Below, piece after piece: positions 12,176-25,226 of a stretch of DNA of 64,000 bases. The notes below the pieces were generated by a model. The model saw only the letters and a list, made by a program, of their open reading frames with translations, was not told the DNA's origin and searched no databases. Source of the stretch: Octopus vulgaris (lineage: Eukaryota); the NCBI GenBank assembly GCA_951406725.2, contig OX597831.1:36146001-36210000 (forward strand). Direction: 5' to 3'. Made by a program: the position numbers and the translations under genes. The stretch's first letter is position 1. Each line of letters opens with the position of its first letter.

Positions 12176-12599
12176 TGATAAATAAATTAAAAACTGTAAC
12201 TTCGTCAGATGCTAAATCATTACACACGCGACTAATTTTGAGTTCTTCACTTCCATTTTGGAAATATTCTCAGTTTTATTTTGGATTTTACGAATTACTG
12301 ACATCTAGACATAAATTCTCATCATAATACAGAAAACGTTTACAATTACACTGCGGGATGTTAACAAATTTCAGGTGCTTTTGAAGTTACTAAATGTCTA
12401 CTCATGCGTGAATGAGCAAATTAGACATCGGAGCAAAAGCAAATAGTTCTAGAAATAGGCGAGAACTTGACAATCAAGTAAATCATTCTTAACCGATAAG
12501 TGTAGGTATGGTTGAAGTAGTTAATTTCGCAGTCGTGTTGCTCCGTGTTCGATTCCAGTGCGTGACGCGTTGGTGGTTGGAGGACAATATCAAATGGGT

Positions 12600-13192
12600 G
12601 GCGGCGAGCTGGCAGAAACGTTAGCGTGTTGAGCGAAATTCTTAACGGTATTTCGCTTGCCGTTACGTTCTGAGTTCAAATTCCGCCGAGGTCGACTTTG
12701 CCTTTCATCCTTTCGGGGTTGATTAAATAAGTACCAGTTACGCACTGGAGTCGATATAATCGACTTAATCCGTTTGTCTGTTCTTGTTTGTCCCTTCTGT
12801 GTTTAGCCCCTTGTGGGTAGTAAAGAAATAGAAATAGGTATTTTGTCTGCCGTCATGTTCTGAGTTCAAATTCCACCGAGATCATTTTGCCTTTTATCCA
12901 TTCGGGGTCAATTAAATAAGTACCAGCTACGCACTGGGGTCGATATAATCGACTTACTCCGTTTGTCTGTCCTTATTTGTTCTCTCTGTGTTTAACCCCT
13001 TGTGGGTAGTAAAGAAATAGGTATTTCGTCTGCCACTACGTTCTGAGTTCAAATCCCGCCGAGGTCGACTTTGCATTTCATCCTTTCGCGGTCGATTAAA
13101 TAAGTACCAGTTACGCACTGGAGTCGATATAATCGACTTATCCCTTTGTTTGTCCTTTCTATGTTTAGCCCCTTGTGGGCAATAAAGAAATA
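12600..13192 (+). mobile_element. S1 SINE head-to-tail trimer
   Basis: One head plus three core-and-tail units joined at AAAGAAATAG|GTATTT; the whole array is bounded by the direct repeat AATATCAAATGGGTG. Confidence 0.9.
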
Positions 13193-13229
13193 AATATCAA
13201 ATGGGTGTAGCTTGTTAGACGGAAACTGA

Positions 13230-13630
13230 GCGGCGTCAGGTTTAGCTGTGGGGTTAAGAAGCTCGCTTTACAACCATGTGTTTTTAAGTTCAGTCTCGGT
13301 GCGTGGTACCTTGTGACAATGTATCTCCAGGCTGTGCCATGCTTTTAAAGTGAATTTGGTAAACGTAAACTGCATGATCATTCGTCGTACACCCCCCAAC
13401 CAACACACATATATACGTGTGTGAGTGTATCGTTGTGTTTGTCCCCAACCCCGCTTGGCACTCGGTATTATTTACTTACGACCCCTGTAACGTAGCAGTT
13501 CGGCTATAATTAACAGATGTAAAAAGTAACTGGAAGTATTGAGGGCGAATTTTTCGACTAAACCCTCCAACTCGATGCTCCCTGCATGGACGCCATTCAA
13601 TGAGTGAAACAAGCAAACGAATAAAAGATA
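13230..13630 (+). mobile_element. Diverged S2 SINE
   Basis: Degenerate head, internal CA/TG tract and 3' half alignable to S2. Confidence 0.7.
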
Positions 13631-13869
13631 TACGTGTATGTTTATAAGATATATTCTATTTATATTCGACATTCGTAAAAGGGAAGATACTTTTCTAAAA
13701 GTACGATAAAACGATGAATAGAGTTCGATAAAACGAGAACCGGACTTAATATTGGGATATTTCGACTAGAACACCTGAATGCGGTATGTCAGCATGGTTG
13801 CAGTCCATTGACTTGAAAGAACTGAAATTAAATAAAAAAGAAAACAATTCTAATCGAAAACTCTCATGC

Positions 13870-14413
13870 ATAGCACGGAATTTTGTCAGTGAACAGGTCA
13901 CGGTCTCAAAGCGACGAAAATATTTTGAGGACGTCGGTTGTTATTTTTGAACGCTCGTGTGTAAATGAGGGCGTAAAAGCGATTGAGATGGAATTTTCGA
14001 ATGAGAAGATAAAAGAGTATGAAAGGATATTTGAGAAAGTGATAAGAAAAGAGGGACTGTTGATTGGAGATGATAGGTGACGAGGGGTTGTGAAGGACAG
14101 GTAAGTGGTGCTGGCGGATGGAGCCGTCAGCATCGCTTTCATATTATCACTATCATTCTAAAAATTCATTCTCCATACTATTAATTATAATGTTCTATGT
14201 CCCCAATGTCTTGTGGTGTCCCCTCTGTGTCACCTCTAGTGGGTAATAAAGAAAGAGTAAATATTTTGACAAATTAAATTTAAATGTTGAAGTGAATCTA
14301 ACGGATTTTGTGTGTTTCTTAAATGGCTTATAAACACATTCCACGCTGCAATTGTTTTCGTTCCAGCACATGATCTCAGATCAGGTCACTTGCTATGCAA
14401 GTACATCTCCGTA
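13870..14413 (+). mobile_element. Family D short repeat (G3-C8 hammerhead variant), interrupted by a LINE 3' end
   Basis: Colinear with 16062-16263 once 13929-14269 is removed. Confidence 0.85.
13929..14258 (+). mobile_element. 5'-truncated LINE 3' end, probably Tx1-like
   Basis: 11-bp TSD AAATATTTTGA (13918-13928 and 14259-14269); short ORF tail ending at 14080; terminus CACCTCTAGTGGGTAATAAAGAAA resembles the Tx1 tail at 30305-30328. Confidence 0.65.
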
Positions 14414-15301
14414 ACAAATGTCTGTGTTTCCTCTTTCATTATGTCAATCTACGTACAACGTAACAGACATCATTAAACTACTGCAGCGTAACTGTCACAT
14501 GCTTTGATTGAAATCCAAATCTCTCAGTTGCACTGTCTCATGTACTTCTCGCATATCTGAGCTCTCTTCTGTTTCACATACATCGCACGTCTCTTGGCGA
14601 TATACTGCTACCAATTTCAACACGAAAAGTTGTGTCTGTACTTTGTCTAGTCATTCCCCGCTATCACTAACAGCAAAAGGACTTCCAAATACTTTTGGTT
14701 TATAGTCTCTTTAAATTAAATGTAATTTATATATCTCTTTCTCTGCTAACACCTCTTACTACCACCAAATATTTGATAAGAATTTCGCCTCCCACTTTCT
14801 CTTCTAGTCATGAACTAGAAAATTCAGCATTCACAAATGCGTTTCTTTGGTGAATACATATCGAAACTAGGATAAACTATAAAATGGAATTTTGTGGCTA
14901 AGCTTCTTTTAAAGAAGGAAAATATTATGAGCTTTAAATACCATAAACAACAGATAAATTTCAGATGTAATGGTGGATTTTCAATTTCAGCAGAAGCACA
15001 CGTCATAAGCTCGTTAAGGTTAAACTACTATCACACACCCACCTCCAATTTTTCATATCTATTTGCTCTATCATAATAATGCTACCCCGGTCAGATAATG
15101 AAAAATGCAAGCCATTCACCCTGAAAAATTGAGCAGTCAAATGGTTATTCAGATATGTATCGTGGCTTTTAATAAATAAATATAATTATTCTTTTATTCG
15201 TTTACTTGCTTCAGTCGTTAAACTGCGGCCATGCTGGAGCACGAACCTCAAGAATTCTAGTCGATCTGGAGCCTATAGGCGACTGTAAAATACGTGCAGT
15301 G

Positions 15302-15859
15302 AAAGGCGGCGAGCTGGCAGAAACGTTAGTACGCCGGGCGAAATGCGTTGCCGTATTTCGTCTGCCGTTACGTTCTGAGTTCAAATTCCGCCGATGTCGA
15401 CTCTGCCTTTCGTCCTTTCGGGGTCGATAAATTAAGTACCAGTTATGTACTGGCGTCGATGTAATCGACTTAATCCGTTTGTCTGTCCCTTTTGTGTTTA
15501 GCCCCTTGTGGGTAGTAAACAAATAGGTATTTTAGAATGGCGGCGAGCTGGCAGAAACGTTAGTACGCCGGGCGAAATGCGTTGCCGTATTTCGTCTGCC
15601 GTTACGTTCAGAGTTCAAATTCCGCCGAGGTCGACTTTGCCTTTCATCCTTTCGGGGTCGATTAAATAAGTAACAGTTACGCACTGGGGTCGATGTAATC
15701 GACTTAGTTCGTTTGTCTGTCCTTGTTTGTTCTCTGTGTGTTTAGCCTCTTGTGTGTAGTAAAGAAGTAGGTACCAGTTACGCACTTGGGTCGATATAAT
15801 CGACTGGCCCCCCACCCCTAAAATTTCGGGCCTTGTGCCTAGAGTAAAAAGAAAGAAGG
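15302..15859 (+). mobile_element. S1 SINE multimer
   Basis: Two headed units plus the alternative tail; flanked by AATACGTG(C/T)AGTG. Confidence 0.9.
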
Positions 15860-16061
15860 AATACGTGTAGTGGGTGTACTCCTGTGTGACTTTGAATACA
15901 TGTTATGTATGCTGTCAGTACTTGTGACTGTGTGCATAACGGGTATAACAAACCCGTATTTAGTCAGTACCCGTTGTTAATGAGCTGATGCGCTATCTCC
16001 GACTCTACCTTGCTGACTTTACTATTTAAATACCTGATTCTATCGGATCCTGAAAATTATA

Positions 16062-16263
16062 CAGCACGGAATTTTCTCAGTGATCAGGTCGCGGTCTCAT
16101 AGTGATGGAAATATTTTGGCAAATTAAATTTAAATGTTGTAATGAATCTAACTGTTTTTGTGTGTGTTTTAAATGGCTTATAAACACCTTCTACGCTGCA
16201 ATTGTTTTTGTTTCAGCACACGATCTCAGATCAGGTCACTTGCTATGCAAGTACATCTCTGTA
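16062..16263 (+). mobile_element. Family D short repeat, uninterrupted copy
   Basis: Perfect 15-bp TSD ATCCTGAAAATTATA (16047-16061 and 16264-16278); hammerhead-like fold at 16073-16123; 3' hairpin ACTTGC-TAT-GCAAGT. Confidence 0.85.
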
Positions 16264-16428
16264 ATCCTGAAAATTATATTTTATATATACGATGGACTCT
16301 CCCGTCAAAGACGACGTATGAGTGGTCAGCTTTTTGTCGGAAGACCTGCGCGAATTAATTGTTTATAGTGATCAAATGTTCATGCCGTGCATTAGCTCAC
16401 TCCCTCCATATATATATATATATATAAT

Positions 16429-16546
<118 letters not shown>

Positions 16547-16549
16547 TGA

Positions 16550-16810
16550 TGTCACTTAAACATGGCTGTTCCGTAGAAACCGACGCTACTGCTATTTTAA
16601 AATCCAAGAGGACGTCTTCTTCAGCTGGTTATTCGATGCAATCTGCACCCGTTATATATATACATATATATATTTTTTTTCAAGCAGGAGAGTGCCTCCC
16701 TACCATCTTCCAGCCACGAGACCGTACGGTTTCGACCTCTCTGTGGCCATCCTCGGTGGTGGATGTCGTCCGCTTTACATAGCAGTAGATCACTACAGAC
16801 CACAATATTT
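16550..16810 (-). mobile_element. Hammerhead-bearing repeat, family C
   Basis: Homologous to 52125-52282; hammerhead at 16714-16762. Confidence 0.7.
16714..16762 (-). ncRNA. Type-I hammerhead ribozyme motif (family C, U4C in this copy)
   Basis: CCACCA CCGAGGA U GGCC acagaga GGUC GAAA CCGUACGG UC UCGUGG; palindromic stem III ACCGUACGGU; GUC cleavage triplet. Confidence 0.7.
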
Positions 16811-19800
16811 AGAACACACATACACACACAGAGGCACACACAGAGAATAAAGTACTACGAAATGATTTAGCAGTCAATAGAGTACAATGTAGGATTCCCC
16901 TTCAATGGATGTTGCCTACACATGAAAGTCTCCTGTATCCAAGGTACTGATGTTTTAGGTACCAGTACCGTTGCATGATTTGCTGTTAGAAAATACAGAA
17001 CCGGACCGGGAACACATACCACAAAGCATCTTACTTGACGCTCTTATAGTTTCGATGATCTATTACCCTGAAATGTAAAATAGTACATCTCAAACGATGT
17101 GTACTGAATTTTTAGAATTGTAATCCTTAGGCTTTAAAAAAACTTTACTAATATTTGAGTGCCTTGAAAGCGTGTATAAATTTGATCTAAACAAGTATGA
17201 TTAATGCGACAAATTATACATCAATTTACTTAAAGAAAATCATTCCATGAAAATATCCCAGTAGATATTTTTTAAAAATTGTTATATGAATCGTATCAGA
17301 ATTTATTTTTATTCGGTCTCCAATGCGAAACGAAGTTAAAAAAAAAAACTGAGAAGACCTGGCTTAGGTTTTTAACTTTCAGTTATATCATAGTTTTATT
17401 TTTATATTTTCAGATCGATATAACATTAGCATGCTAACGTCAAGAATTAAGAGTTACATCGTATATAGCATGTCCTGTTCATAGACCTTACTTTCGTGTG
17501 ATGTAGCACAGACTGTTTATCTTCAACAAGACTGAGGCTACACACAAAATAATTTACGTGCATTGTCCTAGAAAGCTATTGTCTGCTGCATGCAACACTC
17601 AGAGATGGGAACGGGAAATGTAGTAATCTTTATAACAAACATATGAGAATATTAATGGCTTTAGAAAGAAGGGTCAGTTATTTTGCAACCGTCTCAGTAA
17701 ATGAATAATATTAGACAAAAAAAAATAAATAAGAAGAAACTAAATGAATTCGTATTTGACCATAACAAGTGGCTCTAATGCATTTGGACGAAAAAATCAT
17801 TTACCTGGGTTTTATACGTCTGTAAGTTTATAAACACTTATCTTGTTACTAAAACTTTATTCGTCGTACACAAACTGCAGTTCCGTTGCAGTTCGAAAAA
17901 AAATACAGATTCTGTTATTTTTTTTCTTTTAGTTCTAATCTAGCTTTACCTCCTTTTCATTCTGATGGGGAAAAAATAACAAAGAAATTTAGAAACATGC
18001 ATTAAACCATTTCAACATCAGACCTAAACTCTATACATTTTATTGGCTAGTTGAAAGAAAGAAATATATTTAAGAGAATCTAAGATCGAAACTGGAATAA
18101 AGTGTCAATGTATATATGTGATAGGAGGTTCAAAAAATGGTAAATTGAAACGACCCATTTCTCTTTTTTCTTTTTTTGCCTGCGTTGTGTTTATTGGCAG
18201 AAAATGTCATTGATAATGGTTACTTTGGAATGTTTGGAGATACGAAATGGCTATAATGATTTAGGTTTATGGGCAAAGTTCACATTAATAAATACTTCGA
18301 AGGTCCATTTCTGGGCGAAAACTCTTTATAGTGAAAGTTTTAAATTTAGCACAACTAAAAGAAAAAGAAAAACAATAAAAAATAAAATAAAACTTAAGAG
18401 AGTTAAATAAAGTTGTTCTTTTTTTTGTGTGGAGAATACTCGTAAGCTTTAGGTAGCCATGTTATGTTTAAAAGACGGTAAAAATAAAAGTATATAAATT
18501 CGAAAATAATTCAACCAGATCAGGTAAAATGGATTTTATTTTCTGAATGTAAGCGAACGCAATTAGCACGAAGTCATTTAATAACAGTTTAGAACTACCA
18601 AGAGAAATTCTTCATCTGTACACATCAGTAATTGACTAGATGGGTCACATTTTGATAGCTTATAAGTAGATGATATGGCAATATTGAATAGAGTATTTAC
18701 TGAAAAACAGATTTATATCAGAATCTTCAGTATCGAAGTCAAATAGTCAACCTTAGTAAATGAAATTATCCAAAAACAAAAGAAAATACAAAAACAAAAC
18801 ACCAACAAAACAATAGACTGTCTTCTTATCTCTTTCAAAGATAGCACTTTGTTTTCTTAATAGGAAATCATACAAAAATAAAAACGAAAACAATAAAAGT
18901 ATGATAATCATAGTCTTGTATTTAAAAAAGATTATAGTTTTCTCAACATAAAACGTCTATACCCATAAATAACTATTGTTTATCGCACAGATTAATCAGT
19001 ATTTAAATGCTACACAAAACAGTTTATTAATTGTTCCCACAATAAAAGAAAAAAAATCACGTGGCCAGCACTGGTCATGTGGTTCTTTTGGTGTTAATCA
19101 GATGCAGGAAAACTGTCTTCGTGTAGGATACTGGTCTATTTAAGGGTTCGTTTTCAAATAATAGAAAATCAAAATTGGCAAAACAAGTGAAGGGAATTGT
19201 TGAATTATTCTATTTCGAAATTAATGGTGGTGAGTTGTTCCATCTTCAGAACCAATTTCAAACTAACTGAACTATGTTAATTAAGTTACTTAATCATTAC
19301 AAAAACAAAAAAAAAAAGAAAGAAAAACGAGCTGGCAGATTCATTAGCGAATCGGAAATAGTACTTCGCCACAGTTTTCCAGCTCGCTACATTCTGAGTT
19401 CAAATTCCGCTGAGGTTAAAGTTTGCTATTCATTGTACTGGAATCGATAAAACAAAATCCCAGTCTAGTATTGGAGTCGATGGTAGAGACTAACACACAC
19501 CTCTCAAAATTGTAGGCTTTGTGCATAACTAAAAAAAAAAAAGGCCTTTGACAAAACGCAACACATGTGACAGCTTGCAAACCGCCAACCTTTTGGCTGG
19601 TTAGCAAATCAGATCGGCCATATGTGCTCTAATATTTAACAGACATTATTTTTCGGTGAAATGGCTGAGGAGATCATAACGCATAACCTTTACTTTAAAT
19701 ATTCTTTGTGATCATACATACAAAAAATATCGTTGATGAAATCTGTTTTTGACTGGTTACACTGCTTTAATGGGCTGTGTATGTATGTGTATACATGGTC

Positions 19801-20503
19801 ATATATATATATATGCCTAAACACACGCACACATATACACTTATATAAGCTAGAGATTTTGCTTTTCTTGAGAGTATTCAGGCGTTATGCTTATTGTTGT
19901 ATATACATCTATAAATCTTCATGACATCCTAAAAATCTACCATTCGAAAATACCCAGCATAGCTCGCTATTTACCTCTAATCTTCCACACTGTGACATTC
20001 ATCACAGGAAAGAGAACTACATCAAATTGCACAGTATGTACAATTTGTCATTCTTCAAAGCGAACTACATAGAAAATATTCTATAGCAGAAGTTATCGAC
20101 CATCAACTATTATCGTATATATCAGCATCTGATTACTCTATCACTTTATAATATGTAACAATTCCGAAGCAAGGCTGTGCAAAATATCCAACAGATGTTC
20201 CTGTGTCACTCATTAATTATATATATATTCCTACTTACTTTCATAAAGACACACGCATATTTTGTGTGTGTATGTGTATTTATTGCTTATATATTAAATA
20301 TTATATGTCTACGTGTAACACACACACAGACGAACAAATATATATAAATATACTCAGATATATGCATAATACATACATACATACATATATATTTATATAT
20401 GTATGTATACATATATACATATATACACGTGCGAGTATATATATATATATATATAATATATATATACATATATGTATATTACACACACAAACACACACAC
20501 ACG

Positions 20504-20536
<33 letters not shown>

Positions 20537-21834
20537 GCATGTATGTATACTCGCACGTGCTCACGCACTCATACACATGTATTACTTCTGTGTTAATAGT
20601 TTTGTTTCAATGCTATATATCTAACGATTTTAACCAACACTAAGTGTAAACACCTCGTCTTCTATGCTAAAGATATTTCATATATCATACATGATATATG
20701 TATATACATGATATATGCATATATATTTATGCATATATGTAGAATATATATATGTATGTGTGTGTATTTATGCATATAGTACGTATATACGTATTATATG
20801 CATAAACACATACACACATTTATATATATATATGATATATATACATATGTTATATATATATATATGTTTGTAAGTAGAATATATCCATATATTCTACTTT
20901 CATACATACATATTTCATTTATTAAAAAACACGACTATATTCCAGTTTTACTTTTTCATGGAAGCTTTGTTTTTCATATTCCTGTATAAGAAGTTTTGCT
21001 GTTTGGTCGAAGCAATAAAGTTCGATGTTCCACACCCAATGCCTCCACCATTTCACAGTGTTATTTTCAGGATATGAATACAGATTTGTTTCTGTATTGC
21101 TTCTTGAGTAAAGGTTAAATCATTATAGTTCTAATTGTTATGTCATAACCTATATTGGAAACTGTGTCAGTGATTCACAAACATTGGCCGTACTTGCAAA
21201 TCGAAAATCATTAATAATTTGCTCTGATAAGGTCGTAAGGTCCGTGTTCATATTCTGAGTTCAAATCTCGCCGCGGTCGACTTTGCCTATCATTCTTTCG
21301 AGGATCGATAAAATAAATACCAGTTGAGTACTGGGACCGATGTAACTGACTTAACACCTTCTCCGAAATTGCTGGCCTTGTGCGAAAATTCGAAATCAAT
21401 AATTTGCTCTTACGAATTTACATCAAACATTTCATTCACAAAACTCTCATTCGTTTTAATTTCTCAGACACAAATAAATATCAATTAAATCCGAGAGAAG
21501 AAAAAAAACGCAGTTCGGTTTCTAAAATTGATCTACCATTAAAGATTTTATACGAGATGAATCATTTTGTAAATTCCAATTGATCTGAATTCCATCGAAA
21601 CGATTTTCAAGCAAAACTACAAACAAAGGATAAAAAATACGGTGACGGTTTCAAATTTCATGTTGCATTTTGGATTCAACATCTATAAAGTGAAAACGTT
21701 AAATTTCATAGAGATAACTTATGCTTAATACTAAAAAAAAAAACAAGAAAAGAAAAAAAAAACACAAGTGAATTCTTGAGCAGCTGACACATGCTTTTTC
21801 GGAGATAGAGCAGTATTTGCAGTATCTCTTTTAG

Positions 21835-22228
21835 GCTTTTACTTGTTTCAGTCATTTGATGTAGCCATGCTGAAGCACCGCCTTCAGTCGAACTTTGTAA
21901 GCCCAGTACTTATTTTATCGGTCTCTTTTGCCGAACCGCTAGGTAAACACACCAGCATCAGTTTTCAAGTGATGTTGGGGAGGGGATAAACACAGACACA
22001 CAAATACATACATATATACATACATAATGCATACACACACACGCACATGCATATATATATATATGATGGGTTTCTTTCATTTTCCGTCTACCAAATCCAC
22101 TCACAAGGCTTTGGTCGGTCCGAGGCTATAGTAGAAGGCACTTGCAGAAGGTGCCATGCAGTGGGACTGAACCCGGAACCATGTGGTTGGGAAGCAAACT
22201 ACTTACCACAAAGCCATTCCTGCGCCTA
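21835..22228 (-). mobile_element. S2 SINE
   Basis: Reverse complement of the S2 consensus with internal microsatellite. Confidence 0.9.
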
Positions 22229-22239
22229 CAAGTAAAAGT

Positions 22240-22872
22240 TTTGGCACAAAGCCAGCAATTTTGAGAGAGGAGCAAAAGGATTCGATCGACCCCAGTGCTT
22301 AACTGGTTCTTATTTTATCGACCCCGAAAGAATGAAGGGAAAACTCGACCACCACGGAATTTGAACTCAGAACTTAAAGACGGGCGAAATGTCGCAAAGC
22401 ATTTTTCTCGTCGTGAGTATTATACCAGCTCGCCACTTTTGTTTAGGTCGCAGATTAATACATACAATTCTTTCTTTTTTTACTCTTGGCACAAGGTCCG
22501 AAATCTTTGGGGAGGGGACCGATCGATTAGATCGATTCCAGTACGTAACTGGTACTTAATTTATCGACCCCGAAAGGATGAAAGGCAAAGTCGCCCTCAG
22601 CAGAATTTGAACTATCAACGTAACGACAGACGAAATGCCTATTTCTTTACTACCCACAGGAGGCTAAACACAGAGAGGACAAACAAGGACAGACAAACGG
22701 ATTAAGTCGATTATATCGGCCCCAGTGCGTAACTGGTACTTATTTAATCGACCCCGAAAGGTTGAAAGGCAAAGTCGACCTCGGCGGAATTTGAACTCAG
22801 AGCGTAACGGCAGCCGAAATACCGCTAAGCATTTCGCCCGGTGTGCTGACGTTTCTGCCAGCTCGCCGCCTT
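22240..22872 (-). mobile_element. S1 SINE cluster (older monomer plus dimer)
   Basis: Repeated ATCGACCCCGAAAG cores; head ...CTGCCAGCTCGCCGCC at about 22855-22870. Confidence 0.9.
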
Positions 22873-23300
22873 ATGTACAATTCTTTCTACACGATAATTA
22901 TGCTATCAGTAGCTCATTTCAAGTTTGAAGAAATATCTAATTTCCCAAATTATTATTGCGAGACAAAATTAACAAAAAATTGAGTATCATAGCAATAATA
23001 AAATAAGTTGGATGAAATAGAACTATATCTTAAAATACTTAAATGTAAATTATCAACATTTGACAAAGATATAAGATTTATTGGAAATATTTCAGAAGAT
23101 CATGAACTATTCCTTAACCCTAAACCACAATACGAAAGAATATTTAGATTAGGAGGACATTCCATGAGAAACACCATCTCTTCTATGACACTAGTACAAT
23201 TCTGTTAATTAGAGACGACTTCTGAAGCTTGGAAATATACACATATACGTGTGTGTGTGTGCGTACGTGTGTGTGTCTATATATGTTTATATATATATGC

Positions 23301-23342
<42 letters not shown>

Positions 23343-24319
23343 GTGTATATATATTTATATGTGTATATATATTTATATGTGTATATATATATATATGTGT
23401 GTATATATGTGTGTGTGTGTATGTGTGTGTTTATATATATGTGTATATATATATATATGCATATATATATGTAAGTATGCATACATGTGTGTATATATAT
23501 GTGTGGGTGTGTATGTATGTGTGGTCATGTGTCTATGTATGCGTCTGTATATACTTCAATATTTAATCAATAATCTATTACATATCACTTATGAAACCGT
23601 TTAACTGAATGAAGAAGGGACGCCTCAAGGAGCATATTATTGAATGAGATTATCAATACGTGTCAATAGATTTTATGTAGCTTTTCCTACTATGAAGACT
23701 TTAACAGAAAGAAACGAGAAATGGGAAGTGTCAAATGCACTGACGGTTAGACTTGCAATCAAAGGTTCGACGATAAACGACATAATGGAGTAAAGTAATG
23801 GAAAACCCTGTTGGCAACAGCTCTTTGCTGTTTTACTGAACTGTAAATCTGTCGACCTGTGAACAGACACAGCAGTATATCTTGCACTACTAGAATATTG
23901 TTAATATGATACGTTAAAAGTGATATAAGCATCTATAAGTAACTAATTATTAGTTAAGTATACTTTATGATAGACATCTCAAAATTGGTTTACCGTGGGA
24001 AAGAGGAAAAGCCGGACTTTTAAAGAAACGCATTTTAACAGTGCGATAAGTTTTTAAGGAACAATCAAGTAAAAGAAAAAAAACTCTTCATGACAAAAGG
24101 TTCTGACCGAAGCGTCAAGATTGTTTTCGTTCCTCATTTGAAAGCGATAATATTTTCCACTTTTGAGCTGCTCGCCGAGCACGTATATGAAATTACTTGA
24201 CTGGGGGCCATAGAGTATTTTGAATGTTAGTCCTAACTGTAACCTGTAACGCTAATAAATTGGATAGAATTCACAAATAAAACACTGATACGCACTACGA
24301 AAGTGTTTAATATTTCTTT

Positions 24320-24733
24320 CTTTCTTTTCTTTTCTTTTACTTGTTTCAGTCATTTGACTGCGGTCATGCTGGAGCACCGCCTTTAGTCGAGCGAAACGAC
24401 CCCGGGACTTATTCTCTGTAAGCCCAGTACTTATTCTATCGGTGTCTTTTTGCCGAACCGCTAAGTGACGGGGACGTAAGCACGCTAGCATCGGTTGTCA
24501 AGCAATGCTAGGGGGACAAACACAGACACACAAACACACATACATACATACATATATATATATATACATATATACGACAGGCTTCTTTCAGTTTCCGTCT
24601 ACCAAATCCAATCACAAGGCATTGGTCGGCCAGGGGCCATAGCAGAAGACACTTGCCCAAGATGCCACGCAGTGGGACTGAACCCGCAACCATGTGGCTG
24701 GTTAGCAAGCTACTTACCACACAGCCACTCCTG
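24320..24733 (-). mobile_element. S2 SINE
   Basis: Near-complete reverse-complement copy. Confidence 0.9.
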
Positions 24734-25167
24734 AATATGTGTATTCTAGAAATATTTATGCCAAATCAATTCAATTCTTTTAATAGCCTAAGTCAAAGAC
24801 AGGCAAGGAGCACTTTTTTATGCCACCTTTAGATGACGTGTAAGACTGGTTGGAAAAGATCTAAGAAGAAACCAAAATTTATGTGTTACTGAAGTAAAAA
24901 AACCGCACCAAATATCGAGTTGTTCTCAAATCAGAGACCTTGATTCAAATGCTTGCAAGGATTAAATGGTAGTGTGACACCAAGGGATGTATTATGTGCA
25001 CCACCCAACAACAATCTCGATATGCTACTGTATATTTTCCGGCTATGAGTTTCTTAAAGATTTTGGTCGCTCCAAGGATATGACAGAAAATGCTTGCTCA
25101 AGGTTCCACATTAAATTCCAGCTCAGAGTCATGAATTTTTAAAGCATGCAGGAATACCTATATCAAT

Positions 25168-25226
25168 ACCTTCTGATCATAGGTCTGTTTGGTTAGAAAT
25201 GTCCTTGGGCTAAATAAAAAAACAAT
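25168..25226 (+). mobile_element. 59-bp 3' tail of an old SINE family with a 22-bp TSD
   Basis: TSD ATGCAGGAATACCTATATCAAT (25146-25167 and 25227-25248); the insert matches 25814-25870. Confidence 0.75.

Noticed and set aside
22295-22928. Recurrent peptides RPRKDERQSRPRRNLNSER and YLIDPERMKGKVDLGGI suggesting a gene family
   Set aside because: They are translations of the non-coding S1 SINE core.
24085-24120. Hammerhead-like relics here and at 31851-31877 and 46861-46890
   Set aside because: Core or stem positions are broken; counted only as decayed relics, not ribozymes.
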